Source: an uncultured Aquimarina sp. (GTDB taxonomy: Bacteria > Bacteroidota > Bacteroidia > Flavobacteriales > Flavobacteriaceae). From it: a DNA stretch of 64,000 nt. The notes below the pieces were generated by a model. The model saw nothing but the letters and a program-made list of their open reading frames with translations, was not told the DNA's origin and made no database searches. Location of the stretch: contig CANNBP010000013.1 of assembly GCA_947502885.1 (NCBI GenBank), positions 89,049 through 153,048 of the forward strand, given 5' to 3'. Every line of letters starts with the position of its first letter. Within the stretch, counting starts at the first letter, position 1. Position numbers and translations under genes: made by a program. Of this stretch, positions 21,617 to 30,012 are shown piece by piece.

Positions 21617-23710
21617 TTAAATTCCTTGAGCTTGTATTGCGGTTATAATTACTGTATTGTATACATCATCAACCGTGCATCCTCTACTTAAATCATTTAC
21701 AGGTTTATTTAACCCTTGTAGCATTGGTCCAATGGCTAATGCACCAGTTTCTCTTTGAACTGCTTTGTAAGTATTGTTTCCGGTATTAAGATCTGGAAAA
21801 ATTAATACACTAGCCTTGCCAGCTACTTCAGAATCTGGAAGTTTACTTTTGCCTACTCTTATGTCTACAGCAGCATCGTACTGTATCGGTCCTTCAATTT
21901 TAAGCTCGGGATGTGTCTCTTTAACAATAGCTGTTGCTTTTCTTACGATCTCGACATCTTCTCCTTTACCCGAAGTGCCAGAAGAATAGGATAACATCGC
22001 GATTTTTGGGTCAATTCCAAAAGCTTTTGCAGATTTTGCCGAAGAGATTGCTATTTCCGATAATTCTTCAGCATTGGGGTTTGGGTTAATTGCACAATCT
22101 CCAAATACCGAAACGCGGTCTTCTAAACACATAAAAAATATAGATGAAACGACTCTTGTGTTGGGTTTCGTTTTAATAAATTGCAAAGCAGGTCTTATGG
22201 TATGTTGTGTGGTGTGCACAGCTCCAGATACCATACCATCTGCATGGCCCTTGTAGATCATCATTGTGCCAAAATATGAAACGTCTGCCATCATATCTCT
22301 GGCCATATCCATATTTACATTTTTATGTTTTCTTAATTCATAAAAAGTTTGAACATAGTCTTTGTAATGAGGAGACTTTGCAGGAGAAATAATATTTACA
22401 TTGCCAAAATCAATTTGTAAATCCAGTTGGGTGGCCTTGTCTTTTATTTTTTTTTCGTCACCTATTAATGTAATGTTTACAGCATCAACTGCAAGTAATC
22501 GATGTGTTGCTTTTAGAATTCTTTCGTCAGACCCTTCAGGTAATACGATGTGTTTTTTGTGTAGCAGTGCACGTTTTAAAAGGTTGTATTGAAACATGCT
22601 TGGTGTGATGCTATTAGATTCGAAGGTGATCAAAGGATCAATTAAACTATCGGCATTAGCATAATGCTGAAAAGTATTGATGGATGTGTCTATTTTGTTA
22701 AGATTGTCGGCATAAATTCTGGATTTAATAGCACCAATCCTATTGGTGATAGAGAAAGTTCCTTGAGTTACAGAAATGATAGGTACAGATAGAGAAACAC
22801 CTTCAATGAGTTTAAGTATTGGTTCTTCGGGCATGATTCCACCCGTAAGGATGATTCCCGAAATCTTAGGATAGTTGTCAGATATATTTGCTTGTAATGC
22901 ACCTAAAATAATGTCGGCTCGATCTCCTGGAGTAATAACTAAACTATTGTCTTTTAGGTGGGTGAGGTAATTTCGTAATTGCATAGCACCCACTCCAAAA
23001 CTACCCGCTTGATTATTAAGAAATTGTTTTCCGAAGAGAACTTTTCCATCTAAATCTTCGCATATTTCCTTTATGGTAGGGTTAATTAAAGAATTAATTC
23101 TCGGAATAACAATTTGCTCGACTTCTGTTCCTAAATCTTTTTCTAAGCAACCTTTTAATTCATTTTCTAATCCTTTTTCTACTTTATTAGCTACAACAGC
23201 AATTACTTCTACATCTTTGCTGCTAAAAGTATCATGAGCTAATTTAAGATTACCTACAATTTCTTCTGTGGTTTTATCTATTCCGCTTGCGACTAAAATC
23301 GAAGGAATTCCGAGGTTTTTTGCGATAACTACATTAATATCAAACTCTATGATATTTCCTTCGTCAGAAAAATCAGTACCTTCAATTAAGATAAAATCAA
23401 ACTTCTCTTCTAGGTTTTTGTATTTCTGAATAATCCCATTAATGATATCTCCAGATTTGCCTTGATTGTATTTTTGAAGAACTTCACTTCGAGTAAATGC
23501 ATAAGCATCTTCGAAGTTAATATCCATGTCAAAATATGTGGTGACAGTATGAATGTGATTATCGATTTTACCTGACTTTGGGTCATCGATAATAGGTCTA
23601 AAATAACCTACTTTAGCGATTTTACCCAGTAGCATTCTCATTAAACCTAATACAACGATAGATTTACCGCTATTAGGTTCTATTGTAGCAATATAAACAG
23701 CTTTACTCAT
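21617..23710 (-). CDS. pta: Phosphate acetyltransferase (long form with DRTGG domain)
   Basis: N-terminal BioD-like domain, ITPGDR, IVLPEG, GPIQYDAA, FPDLNTGN, GPMLQG, PVNDLSRG. Confidence 0.97.
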   Translation of the reverse strand: MSKAVYIATIEPNSGKSIVVLGLMRMLLGKIAKVGYFRPIIDDPKSGKIDNHIHTVTTYFDMDINFEDAYAFTRSEVLQKYNQGKSGDIINGIIQKYKNLEEKFDFILIEGTDFSDEGNIIEFDINVVIAKNLGIPSILVASGIDKTTEEIVGNLKLAHDTFSSKDVEVIAVVANKVEKGLENELKGCLEKDLGTEVEQIVIPRINSLINPTIKEICEDLDGKVLFGKQFLNNQAGSFGVGAMQLRNYLTHLKDNSLVITPGDRADIILGALQANISDNYPKISGIILTGGIMPEEPILKLIEGVSLSVPIISVTQGTFSITNRIGAIKSRIYADNLNKIDTSINTFQHYANADSLIDPLITFESNSITPSMFQYNLLKRALLHKKHIVLPEGSDERILKATHRLLAVDAVNITLIGDEKKIKDKATQLDLQIDFGNVNIISPAKSPHYKDYVQTFYELRKHKNVNMDMARDMMADVSYFGTMMIYKGHADGMVSGAVHTTQHTIRPALQFIKTKPNTRVVSSIFFMCLEDRVSVFGDCAINPNPNAEELSEIAISSAKSAKAFGIDPKIAMLSYSSGTSGKGEDVEIVRKATAIVKETHPELKIEGPIQYDAAVDIRVGKSKLPDSEVAGKASVLIFPDLNTGNNTYKAVQRETGALAIGPMLQGLNKPVNDLSRGCTVDDVYNTVIITAIQAQGI

Positions 23711-23957
23711 ATAGGACTTTTATCAAACTTATGAACCAATAAAACCAACTTTTGGATAAAGTTGAGTGGGGTTTGCCCTCTTGGGAAAGATAACCAATAT
23801 CCTTATAAATGTAGCTGTTAAATGTCATTTTTTAGGAAAGGTAATTTGTATATGAATTGTTGTTTGTTGATTTTTACAACAATGATAAAAGTGTGGTGAG
23901 TGATGACAGTGAATTGGGGTAGATCTCTTTTTTGGAATAGAATTTTGGAATGGTTAC

Positions 23958-24000
23958 AAAAAACAAAGCCCGCTGAGAAGGGTCTCTAGCAGGCTTTGTC
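23958..24000 (-). terminator. Terminator downstream of the YHS gene
   Basis: Minus strand ACAAAGCCTGCT...AGCGGGCTTTGT followed by TTTTTGT. Confidence 0.75.
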
Positions 24001-24066
24001 AACTAACCAATCAATTATTGAAAAAACTTAGCATTACATGCAGCTCAATAACACTGCAATACGTTT

Positions 24067-24510
24067 TTAAATCTTAATCTTTTTCCAGTTGGTATCAGCT
24101 TCCTTTTTCAATTTCATAGCATCTTCTTTTGCCCATTTTTTTAGCGTATTAATCCCCCATGAGTTATAAAATAGATATAACTTATCATCTCTTATTTCAA
24201 AAGTATTAGGGTTGATATCTACTTTTTCTCCCGATACTGCTATGGCATAGGCACAAAACCCACCATATTGAGGGATATATTTTTCTGGATTACTTTTAAA
24301 TTTTTCTAGATTTTCTATAGAAGCAAATTTGTAGTTAACTTGATCATGTGTCAAAATAAATTTACTACTTCCTTTTACAGCTTTATTATTAAAATACTCT
24401 GTTACATCATACCCTTTTGCAACATAGTCTTTGCTAGTATTGTAATTTGCATTTTGCGCACTTAACGAAACTGCAAACCCAAGAAATAATATGATAATAA
24501 ATTTGTTCAT
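24067..24510 (-). CDS. YHS-domain secreted protein
   Basis: Signal peptide, GYDVTEYF, KFASIENLEKF, PQYGGFCAYA, KLYLFYN. Confidence 0.85.
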   Translation of the reverse strand: MNKFIIILFLGFAVSLSAQNANYNTSKDYVAKGYDVTEYFNNKAVKGSSKFILTHDQVNYKFASIENLEKFKSNPEKYIPQYGGFCAYAIAVSGEKVDINPNTFEIRDDKLYLFYNSWGINTLKKWAKEDAMKLKKEADTNWKKIKI

Positions 24511-24594
24511 AGTAAGAAAATCTTTAATACACTTACTTAGTGTGTAACAAAAGAAGTTCCTTACAATTTTAACAAGTTTTTATGATTGAGGGGG

Positions 24595-25113
24595 TTATAA
24601 TAAAAAATTAGTGGTTTCTGGATAGGGTACAAGAGCACTTATCAATAAGCTAATACTATCTTTTGCAATCAAAGTAATAGATAATAATGTGGCAGTAACA
24701 ACTATAGCAGATGCGATATTGTTTTCTTGAATATCTTTAAACTCATTTACACCTTTGGTTAAAGCAGAAAAAAGTAAAAATACAGATGTATTGATGATAA
24801 TAGCAAATGCAAAACCTATGAACAGATATAAACCAGAGTACTGAATAATTTTACTAAATGTAATATCATTTCCTTCAGACATTGATAATCGTATCATATT
24901 GGTTATCGAAGGAATGATTTCTCCTAAAATAATCCCTATTGATAATATAATACCCGCAGTAAAAATAGAAAATGCCATATTCTCTTCTCGAATAGAATTG
25001 TTTTTAAAAAAAACTTTTTGAAGCATTTTAAATGATATAAACAGTATTAATACTGAAACTGCAATTGCTAATGCTATTTCTATAAATGCTAGAGTTAATA
25101 ATTTTGTTTGCAT
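24595..25113 (-). CDS. DUF350-like membrane protein
   Basis: Four hydrophobic segments with the repeated EI/I.E.N.A.(S/A)I motif (IREENMAFSI, IQENNIASAI). Confidence 0.7.
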   Translation of the reverse strand: MQTKLLTLAFIEIALAIAVSVLILFISFKMLQKVFFKNNSIREENMAFSIFTAGIILSIGIILGEIIPSITNMIRLSMSEGNDITFSKIIQYSGLYLFIGFAFAIIINTSVFLLFSALTKGVNEFKDIQENNIASAIVVTATLLSITLIAKDSISLLISALVPYPETTNFLL

Positions 25114-25117
25114 AATA

Positions 25118-26137
25118 TTAGGTATTAGTTAATACAATATTCCAATGGTTTATATTGTCAAAATTTTTTGGTAATGTACCGATTGTAAAATGTTTATTTG
25201 TCGTTTCCCAGACATAATAGCGTTTTCCGTTTTGTGTTTTATATTGGCCTTTTGCTGGGATATTTAATCCAAGTATAGAGTGTCTATAATAATCACTGTT
25301 AAGAATAGCTACATCATACCCAAAATGACTAAGAATAGCATAGATAATTACGGTGCGCGTATCACAATCACCCTTTAGGTTTCCCATAAAACCAACTGGA
25401 TTTTGAATTCCGTAGGGGATGTTTCCGATGCAACATTCTTGGCATCGTACTAATACGCTTCGGATAGACTCTTCATAATGCTCGGGAGCAAGACAAGCCT
25501 TCTCAAATACAAATGAGTATTGTATATCTTGTATAAAGGTTACTACCATTTCTGCAAATTCAAATTGATTCAATTTTTTTGCTTTTTTTATTGCAGTAAG
25601 CTCTTTAAGGATCAAATCGAGTTTAGGAGTATCTTCTGTTGCTAGATATTGATACAGTTTTCCCCAAGAACTATAGCTTTCTCTTTGTGTGTAATTAAAG
25701 TATTGTTTTTTAGAGGCCAAATAATCTTTTTCTCTAACAGAAAACTCTCCTGTATATGAGCTTCCATAATTATCATTCCATCGTCTATTTTGTTGTAGTA
25801 GAATAATAGAGTCTCCTTTTTCGAAAACCTTTTCTCGATGAATCTTTTCTGAAACTATAGTTTTTTGACCTTCTATTTGTACTGGTACAGCGTTTAGCAT
25901 GTAGCGTATTCCTAAAAGAACTGTTATGGTTAAGATACTGTACATTACATATCTCCATCGAAACTTTTGATTAGAAGATCCATATTTTCCTAGTAGCCAG
26001 GATAGAAAAAATAATATGAGTACAAAACTGAAGAATAAAGATAAAGGGATAAAGTTTTGAAGGAATCCAGCTCCTACTAATGCAAGAAGAACAATAGAAG
26101 GAAAAGTAAAACAACCAAGTTTATTCTTTTTTTCCAT
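25118..26137 (-). CDS. Membrane-anchored transglutaminase-like (Cys-His) domain protein
   Basis: Three N-terminal TM segments; FIQDIQY...KGDCDTRT...YRHSILG...VWETT resembles a transglutaminase-like catalytic core. Confidence 0.6.
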   Translation of the reverse strand: MEKKNKLGCFTFPSIVLLALVGAGFLQNFIPLSLFFSFVLILFFLSWLLGKYGSSNQKFRWRYVMYSILTITVLLGIRYMLNAVPVQIEGQKTIVSEKIHREKVFEKGDSIILLQQNRRWNDNYGSSYTGEFSVREKDYLASKKQYFNYTQRESYSSWGKLYQYLATEDTPKLDLILKELTAIKKAKKLNQFEFAEMVVTFIQDIQYSFVFEKACLAPEHYEESIRSVLVRCQECCIGNIPYGIQNPVGFMGNLKGDCDTRTVIIYAILSHFGYDVAILNSDYYRHSILGLNIPAKGQYKTQNGKRYYVWETTNKHFTIGTLPKNFDNINHWNIVLTNT

Positions 26138-26140
26138 AGC

Positions 26141-27121
26141 TTAAAGTGTCATTAAGTTACAACCGCGTATATCACTATGGTCAAATCGCCCTAGAATTTC
26201 AAAACTACCATTTGTATATGTTTTTCCTAAGTCCTGAGTAGCAATAAAAGCACAGGAGTTGATATTTGCCAGATCAATTATATTAACTCCTCCTGTTTTA
26301 CCATTACCTAACGAGGTAAGTGCATCTTCTGTGTTTCTAATAGAGATCTTCATCCAGGGTGGAGTATAAAATATTCCATCCTTTTTAGAATAAGATTGAG
26401 ATAATAGCTCTGTCATTCCGTATTCGCTATGGATTTGAGAGATCCCTAATCCTTTTTTAAGAGTATGATGAAGCTCTTCTCGAACCATTTCTTTTCTTTT
26501 ACCTTTCATCCCTCCAGTTTCCATCACAATCACATTCTCATTTAAGAGAATGTCGGTTTGTTCTGCAAGATCTAATAAGGCAAACGATACACCAAGTAAA
26601 AGAATTTTTTTGTTTTCAGAAAGTAGTTTTTTGAGTGTGTCTGCTAGCTCATCTAGGTTGTGCAAGTAGAAACCGCTCTCTATATGTTTACTGTCTTTAA
26701 TTAATCTTTCTGTCATATATATTAATGAAGATCCTTCTCTTTCTAGATAAGATGGTAATAGTGCTAATACCACATAATCAGTTATGTTTCCGTAGAAATG
26801 TTTAAACCCTTTTCTGAAACTATCTTCATATAGACTTAGGTCACTTACATAATGTTTACTCGTTATGGTTCCTGTTGTTCCACTGCTTGTAAAAATTTTT
26901 GAAGTAGGTGTATTGGTACTTACTATTTTTTCTTGTTTAAAAAATTGAATAGGCAGATGGGGGATATCATGACTGCTTTGTATCGAGGTTTTTGTAATTC
27001 CCAAAAGGTTACAAAAGCGTTGATAGATACTGTTGTTGGTATATTGGTGATGAAAAATCTGTAACGAAACCCTCTCAAAATCAGTATCGTTTTGAATAGA
27101 AAAAATGGAATCGATTAGCAT
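26141..27121 (-). CDS. LuxE/PaaK-family acyl-protein synthetase-like protein
   Basis: FTSSGTTG adenylation motif, METGGMKG, HSEYGMTEL, IATQDLG, LGRFD. Confidence 0.88.
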   Translation of the reverse strand: MLIDSIFSIQNDTDFERVSLQIFHHQYTNNSIYQRFCNLLGITKTSIQSSHDIPHLPIQFFKQEKIVSTNTPTSKIFTSSGTTGTITSKHYVSDLSLYEDSFRKGFKHFYGNITDYVVLALLPSYLEREGSSLIYMTERLIKDSKHIESGFYLHNLDELADTLKKLLSENKKILLLGVSFALLDLAEQTDILLNENVIVMETGGMKGKRKEMVREELHHTLKKGLGISQIHSEYGMTELLSQSYSKKDGIFYTPPWMKISIRNTEDALTSLGNGKTGGVNIIDLANINSCAFIATQDLGKTYTNGSFEILGRFDHSDIRGCNLMTL

Positions 27122-27281
27122 ATAGTACGTTCAACAAATTGCGTTGAACAAAGGTATGAAAAACAAGGCATTATTTTGTATTGATCCTTTAATGCGAAAA
27201 GGAATGAACTCATATTCAAAAATGAGCAGGGATTGATAAAGTAATATATGTATAAAATGATCGTATTATTAGTAAAACACG

Positions 27282-27617
27282 CTAGTTTCTGACCAATTTT
27301 AATGTTGCTTTTTTGTCACCTTCTTTAATTCGAAGAACATAAACAGCTGGAGGCAATGAAGAAATATCTAATTCATTACCAATTAAAACCTTAAAAAGTA
27401 TTTGTTGACCTAAAACGGTAAAGATAGAAACTGTTTTAGTTAAGTTTTTAGTTGATTTTATGTAAAGCTTATCGCCATTTACAGGGTTCGGATATATGCT
27501 CAAGCCTTCAATCTTTGATGGCTGTCTTGAGACAGTATCAGCCTGTGCCTGTATTTCCGGAGTAAAGGAAATGCAAACAACGCCAATAAATATAATTAGT
27601 AAGTAGATTTTTTTCAT
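27282..27617 (-). CDS. Small protein consisting of a signal peptide and a T9SS type A sorting domain
   Basis: MKKIYLL signal peptide, IYPNP, LDISSL...VYVLRI...KATLKLV CTD; ATG 27617 preferred. Confidence 0.85.
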   Translation of the reverse strand: MKKIYLLIIFIGVVCISFTPEIQAQADTVSRQPSKIEGLSIYPNPVNGDKLYIKSTKNLTKTVSIFTVLGQQILFKVLIGNELDISSLPPAVYVLRIKEGDKKATLKLVRN

Positions 27618-28042
27618 ACAAAACTTTATTTTGGGGGAATAAATATACAACATAAAAATCAAAAAAATAACAAAATATATGCTTAGTTAATTGTTAAATA
27701 GGCATTTGACGGTTATTACGTACATTGACTGTGGTTTTTTCTTTAATTTTTGACATTTTTGCTTTAATCTTTTAGATGAAATTTATCAGAATTAAGATGA
27801 AAAGCCAAAGGTTATAAAAATGTTATTTTTTAAATTACTTCCCCTTTTTTTAAATTATAAAAGTATCAAATTTTGAGTTTTGTTTTTGTAATTCAAAAAT
27901 TATGCCTCATATTTGTTATATCATGAAGTTATAAAAGAATTATACAGATCTACATATTGTCTCCAAATGGCAATTCTCAAGTTTAGAAATATACGCTCTA
28001 AACTCAAATTCCTCTTTTTTAATTTATAATTCTATAAGTCTC

Positions 28043-29449
28043 ATGACTCAAAATAAACTTACAATTACTCGCTTATTTTCATTTTTTAAGATTGCAATTA
28101 CTGGCAAGGAACAAGAGTTTACCTCGGGAAGTATTCGTAGAGCGGTGTTTATGCTTTCGGTACCAATGGTACTTGAAATGATGATGGAATCCATATTTTT
28201 TCTTGTAGATGCATATTATGTTTCCAGCCTCGGAGCTAATGCAATTGCTACCGTTGGGTTAACAGAATCTGTACTAACATTGGTGTATGCTGTAGCCATT
28301 GGATTAAGCATGGGAGTTACCGCTATTGTTGCTCGAAGAGTAGGAGAAAAGGATATTAAAGGCGCTTCGCAAACAGCGGTGCAGGCTATACTTTTGGGTG
28401 TGGTTCTATCAATTTTAATAAGTATTCCAGGGATTCTTTACCCCAAAGAAATATTAGCACTTATGGGGGGGGAACCTGATCTTGTTGAAGAAGGATATGG
28501 GTTTACACAAATCTTATTGGGAGGTAATGTGACCATCATGTTATTGTTCTTAATTAATGCTGTTTTTCGTGGAGCAGGTGATGCCTCTGTTGCTATGCGG
28601 GTGCTTATATTTTCTAATGTATTAAATATCATTCTAGATCCTATTTTTATATTTGGATTTGGTCCTGTTCCAGCATTTGGTGTTCAAGGAGCAGCAATTG
28701 CGACAACTATTGGTAGAGGTAGTGCGGTGATATTTCAGTTATTGATTTTATTTTATGGATGGAGCAAAATCAAGGTTACTTTTAAAGACCTTGTTTTTAA
28801 AGCGCAACTCATGTTTACGCTTATAAAAGTATCTTTAGGCGGGATAGGTCAGTTTATTATAGGTACATCAAGTTGGGTCTTTTTAATGCGTATTATGGCC
28901 GAGTTTGGTAGTGAAGTATTAGCAGGGTATACTATCGCTATTAGGGTACTAATGTTTACATTAATGCCATCGTGGGGGATGAGTAATGCCGCGGCAACAT
29001 TGGTAGGACAAAACCTTGGGGCGGCAAAACCAGAACGTGCAGAACAGTCTGTTTGGAAAACAGGAAAGTATAATGCTTATTTTATGCTTTTTGTATCTGT
29101 ATTTTATTTGGTTTTTGCAGAGGTGATATTGAAGATATTTAGTGACGATTTACAAGTAATTGAGTACGGCGCATTAAGTTTAAGAGTGATTGCAGCTGGG
29201 TATGTTTTTTATGCTTATGGTATGGTCATTACTCAATCTTTTAATGGAGCCGGTGATACTAAAACCCCAACCGTTATTAATTTCTTTTGCTTTTGGGTGT
29301 TTCAACTACCATTTGCCTATCTGGCTGCTTTGGTTATGAATTGGGGTGTAGTAGGTGTTTTATGGGCTATTACTTTTGCCGAGGTGCTCATTGCTGTCAT
29401 CGGGATTATATGGTTTAGAAAAGGAAAGTGGAAAGAGGTGAAAGTGTAG
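28043..29449 (+). CDS. MATE family efflux transporter
   Basis: 12 TM pattern, RGAGD, NIILDP, GAAIAT, GQNLGA, GAGDTKTP. Confidence 0.95.
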   Translation: MTQNKLTITRLFSFFKIAITGKEQEFTSGSIRRAVFMLSVPMVLEMMMESIFFLVDAYYVSSLGANAIATVGLTESVLTLVYAVAIGLSMGVTAIVARRVGEKDIKGASQTAVQAILLGVVLSILISIPGILYPKEILALMGGEPDLVEEGYGFTQILLGGNVTIMLLFLINAVFRGAGDASVAMRVLIFSNVLNIILDPIFIFGFGPVPAFGVQGAAIATTIGRGSAVIFQLLILFYGWSKIKVTFKDLVFKAQLMFTLIKVSLGGIGQFIIGTSSWVFLMRIMAEFGSEVLAGYTIAIRVLMFTLMPSWGMSNAAATLVGQNLGAAKPERAEQSVWKTGKYNAYFMLFVSVFYLVFAEVILKIFSDDLQVIEYGALSLRVIAAGYVFYAYGMVITQSFNGAGDTKTPTVINFFCFWVFQLPFAYLAALVMNWGVVGVLWAITFAEVLIAVIGIIWFRKGKWKEVKV

Positions 29450-29639
29450 AATTTAACTGTATCCTAGTAGTATAAAAAGACCAATAATGATATGTTATTG
29501 TATCTGGTTTTAAAGCGTTTTATTTTTATCAAAAAGATCTTAACTTACTAATCCATATATGATCAGAGTCCAAGAAAAAAATGAAACTACGATCCTTTAT
29601 CCTTGCAAGATGAATTTTTGTGTAGCATACTGTTGATGG

Positions 29640-29918
29640 GGAGATCTGTAGGGGATAAGATCATCGAATTTCTAAAAAAAATCTAAGCAGAGAATTTTGT
29701 TTCTTGATAACAAAACTACTGACCCAGCATTACAAGAATTGTTGGTTTAGGTTTTTATGTGTCCCAAAACTAATGGAGTGGCAAAGTACACTACGTATAT
29801 TGGTAACCTTAATGCATTGACCAATCAGTATAATCAATCGGTAGAGCGAAGACTTAACGGTAATACAAATACAAATATAGGGCTTACCGATGATATTACG
29901 GTAAATGAAGAGGAGTAG
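29640..29918 (+). pseudogene. Possible degraded gene remnant
   Basis: Protein-like frame ILFLDNKTTDPALQELLV*VFMCPKTNGVAKYTTYIGNLNALTNQYNQSVERRLNG...EEE* with an in-frame TAG at 29748 and a possible frameshift in the A-run near 29675. Confidence 0.3.
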
Positions 29919-29942
29919 ATACTTTTATTTATAAGTAAAAAG

Positions 29943-29974
29943 AAACCAGACTGCCATTTGGCAGCCTGGTTTTT
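29943..29974 (-). terminator. Terminator after lipoprotein 2
   Basis: AAACCAGACTGCC-attt-GGCAGCCTGGTTT; a second inverted repeat TTTCATCC/GGATGAAA lies at 29984-30004. Confidence 0.7.
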
Positions 29975-30012
29975 ACTATTGTGTTTCATCCGAATAGGAT
30001 GAAATAAGTTTG

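Noticed and set aside
24067-24510. YHS protein as a possible selenoprotein
   Set aside because: The relevant position is Cys (GGFCAYA) and there is no in-frame TGA
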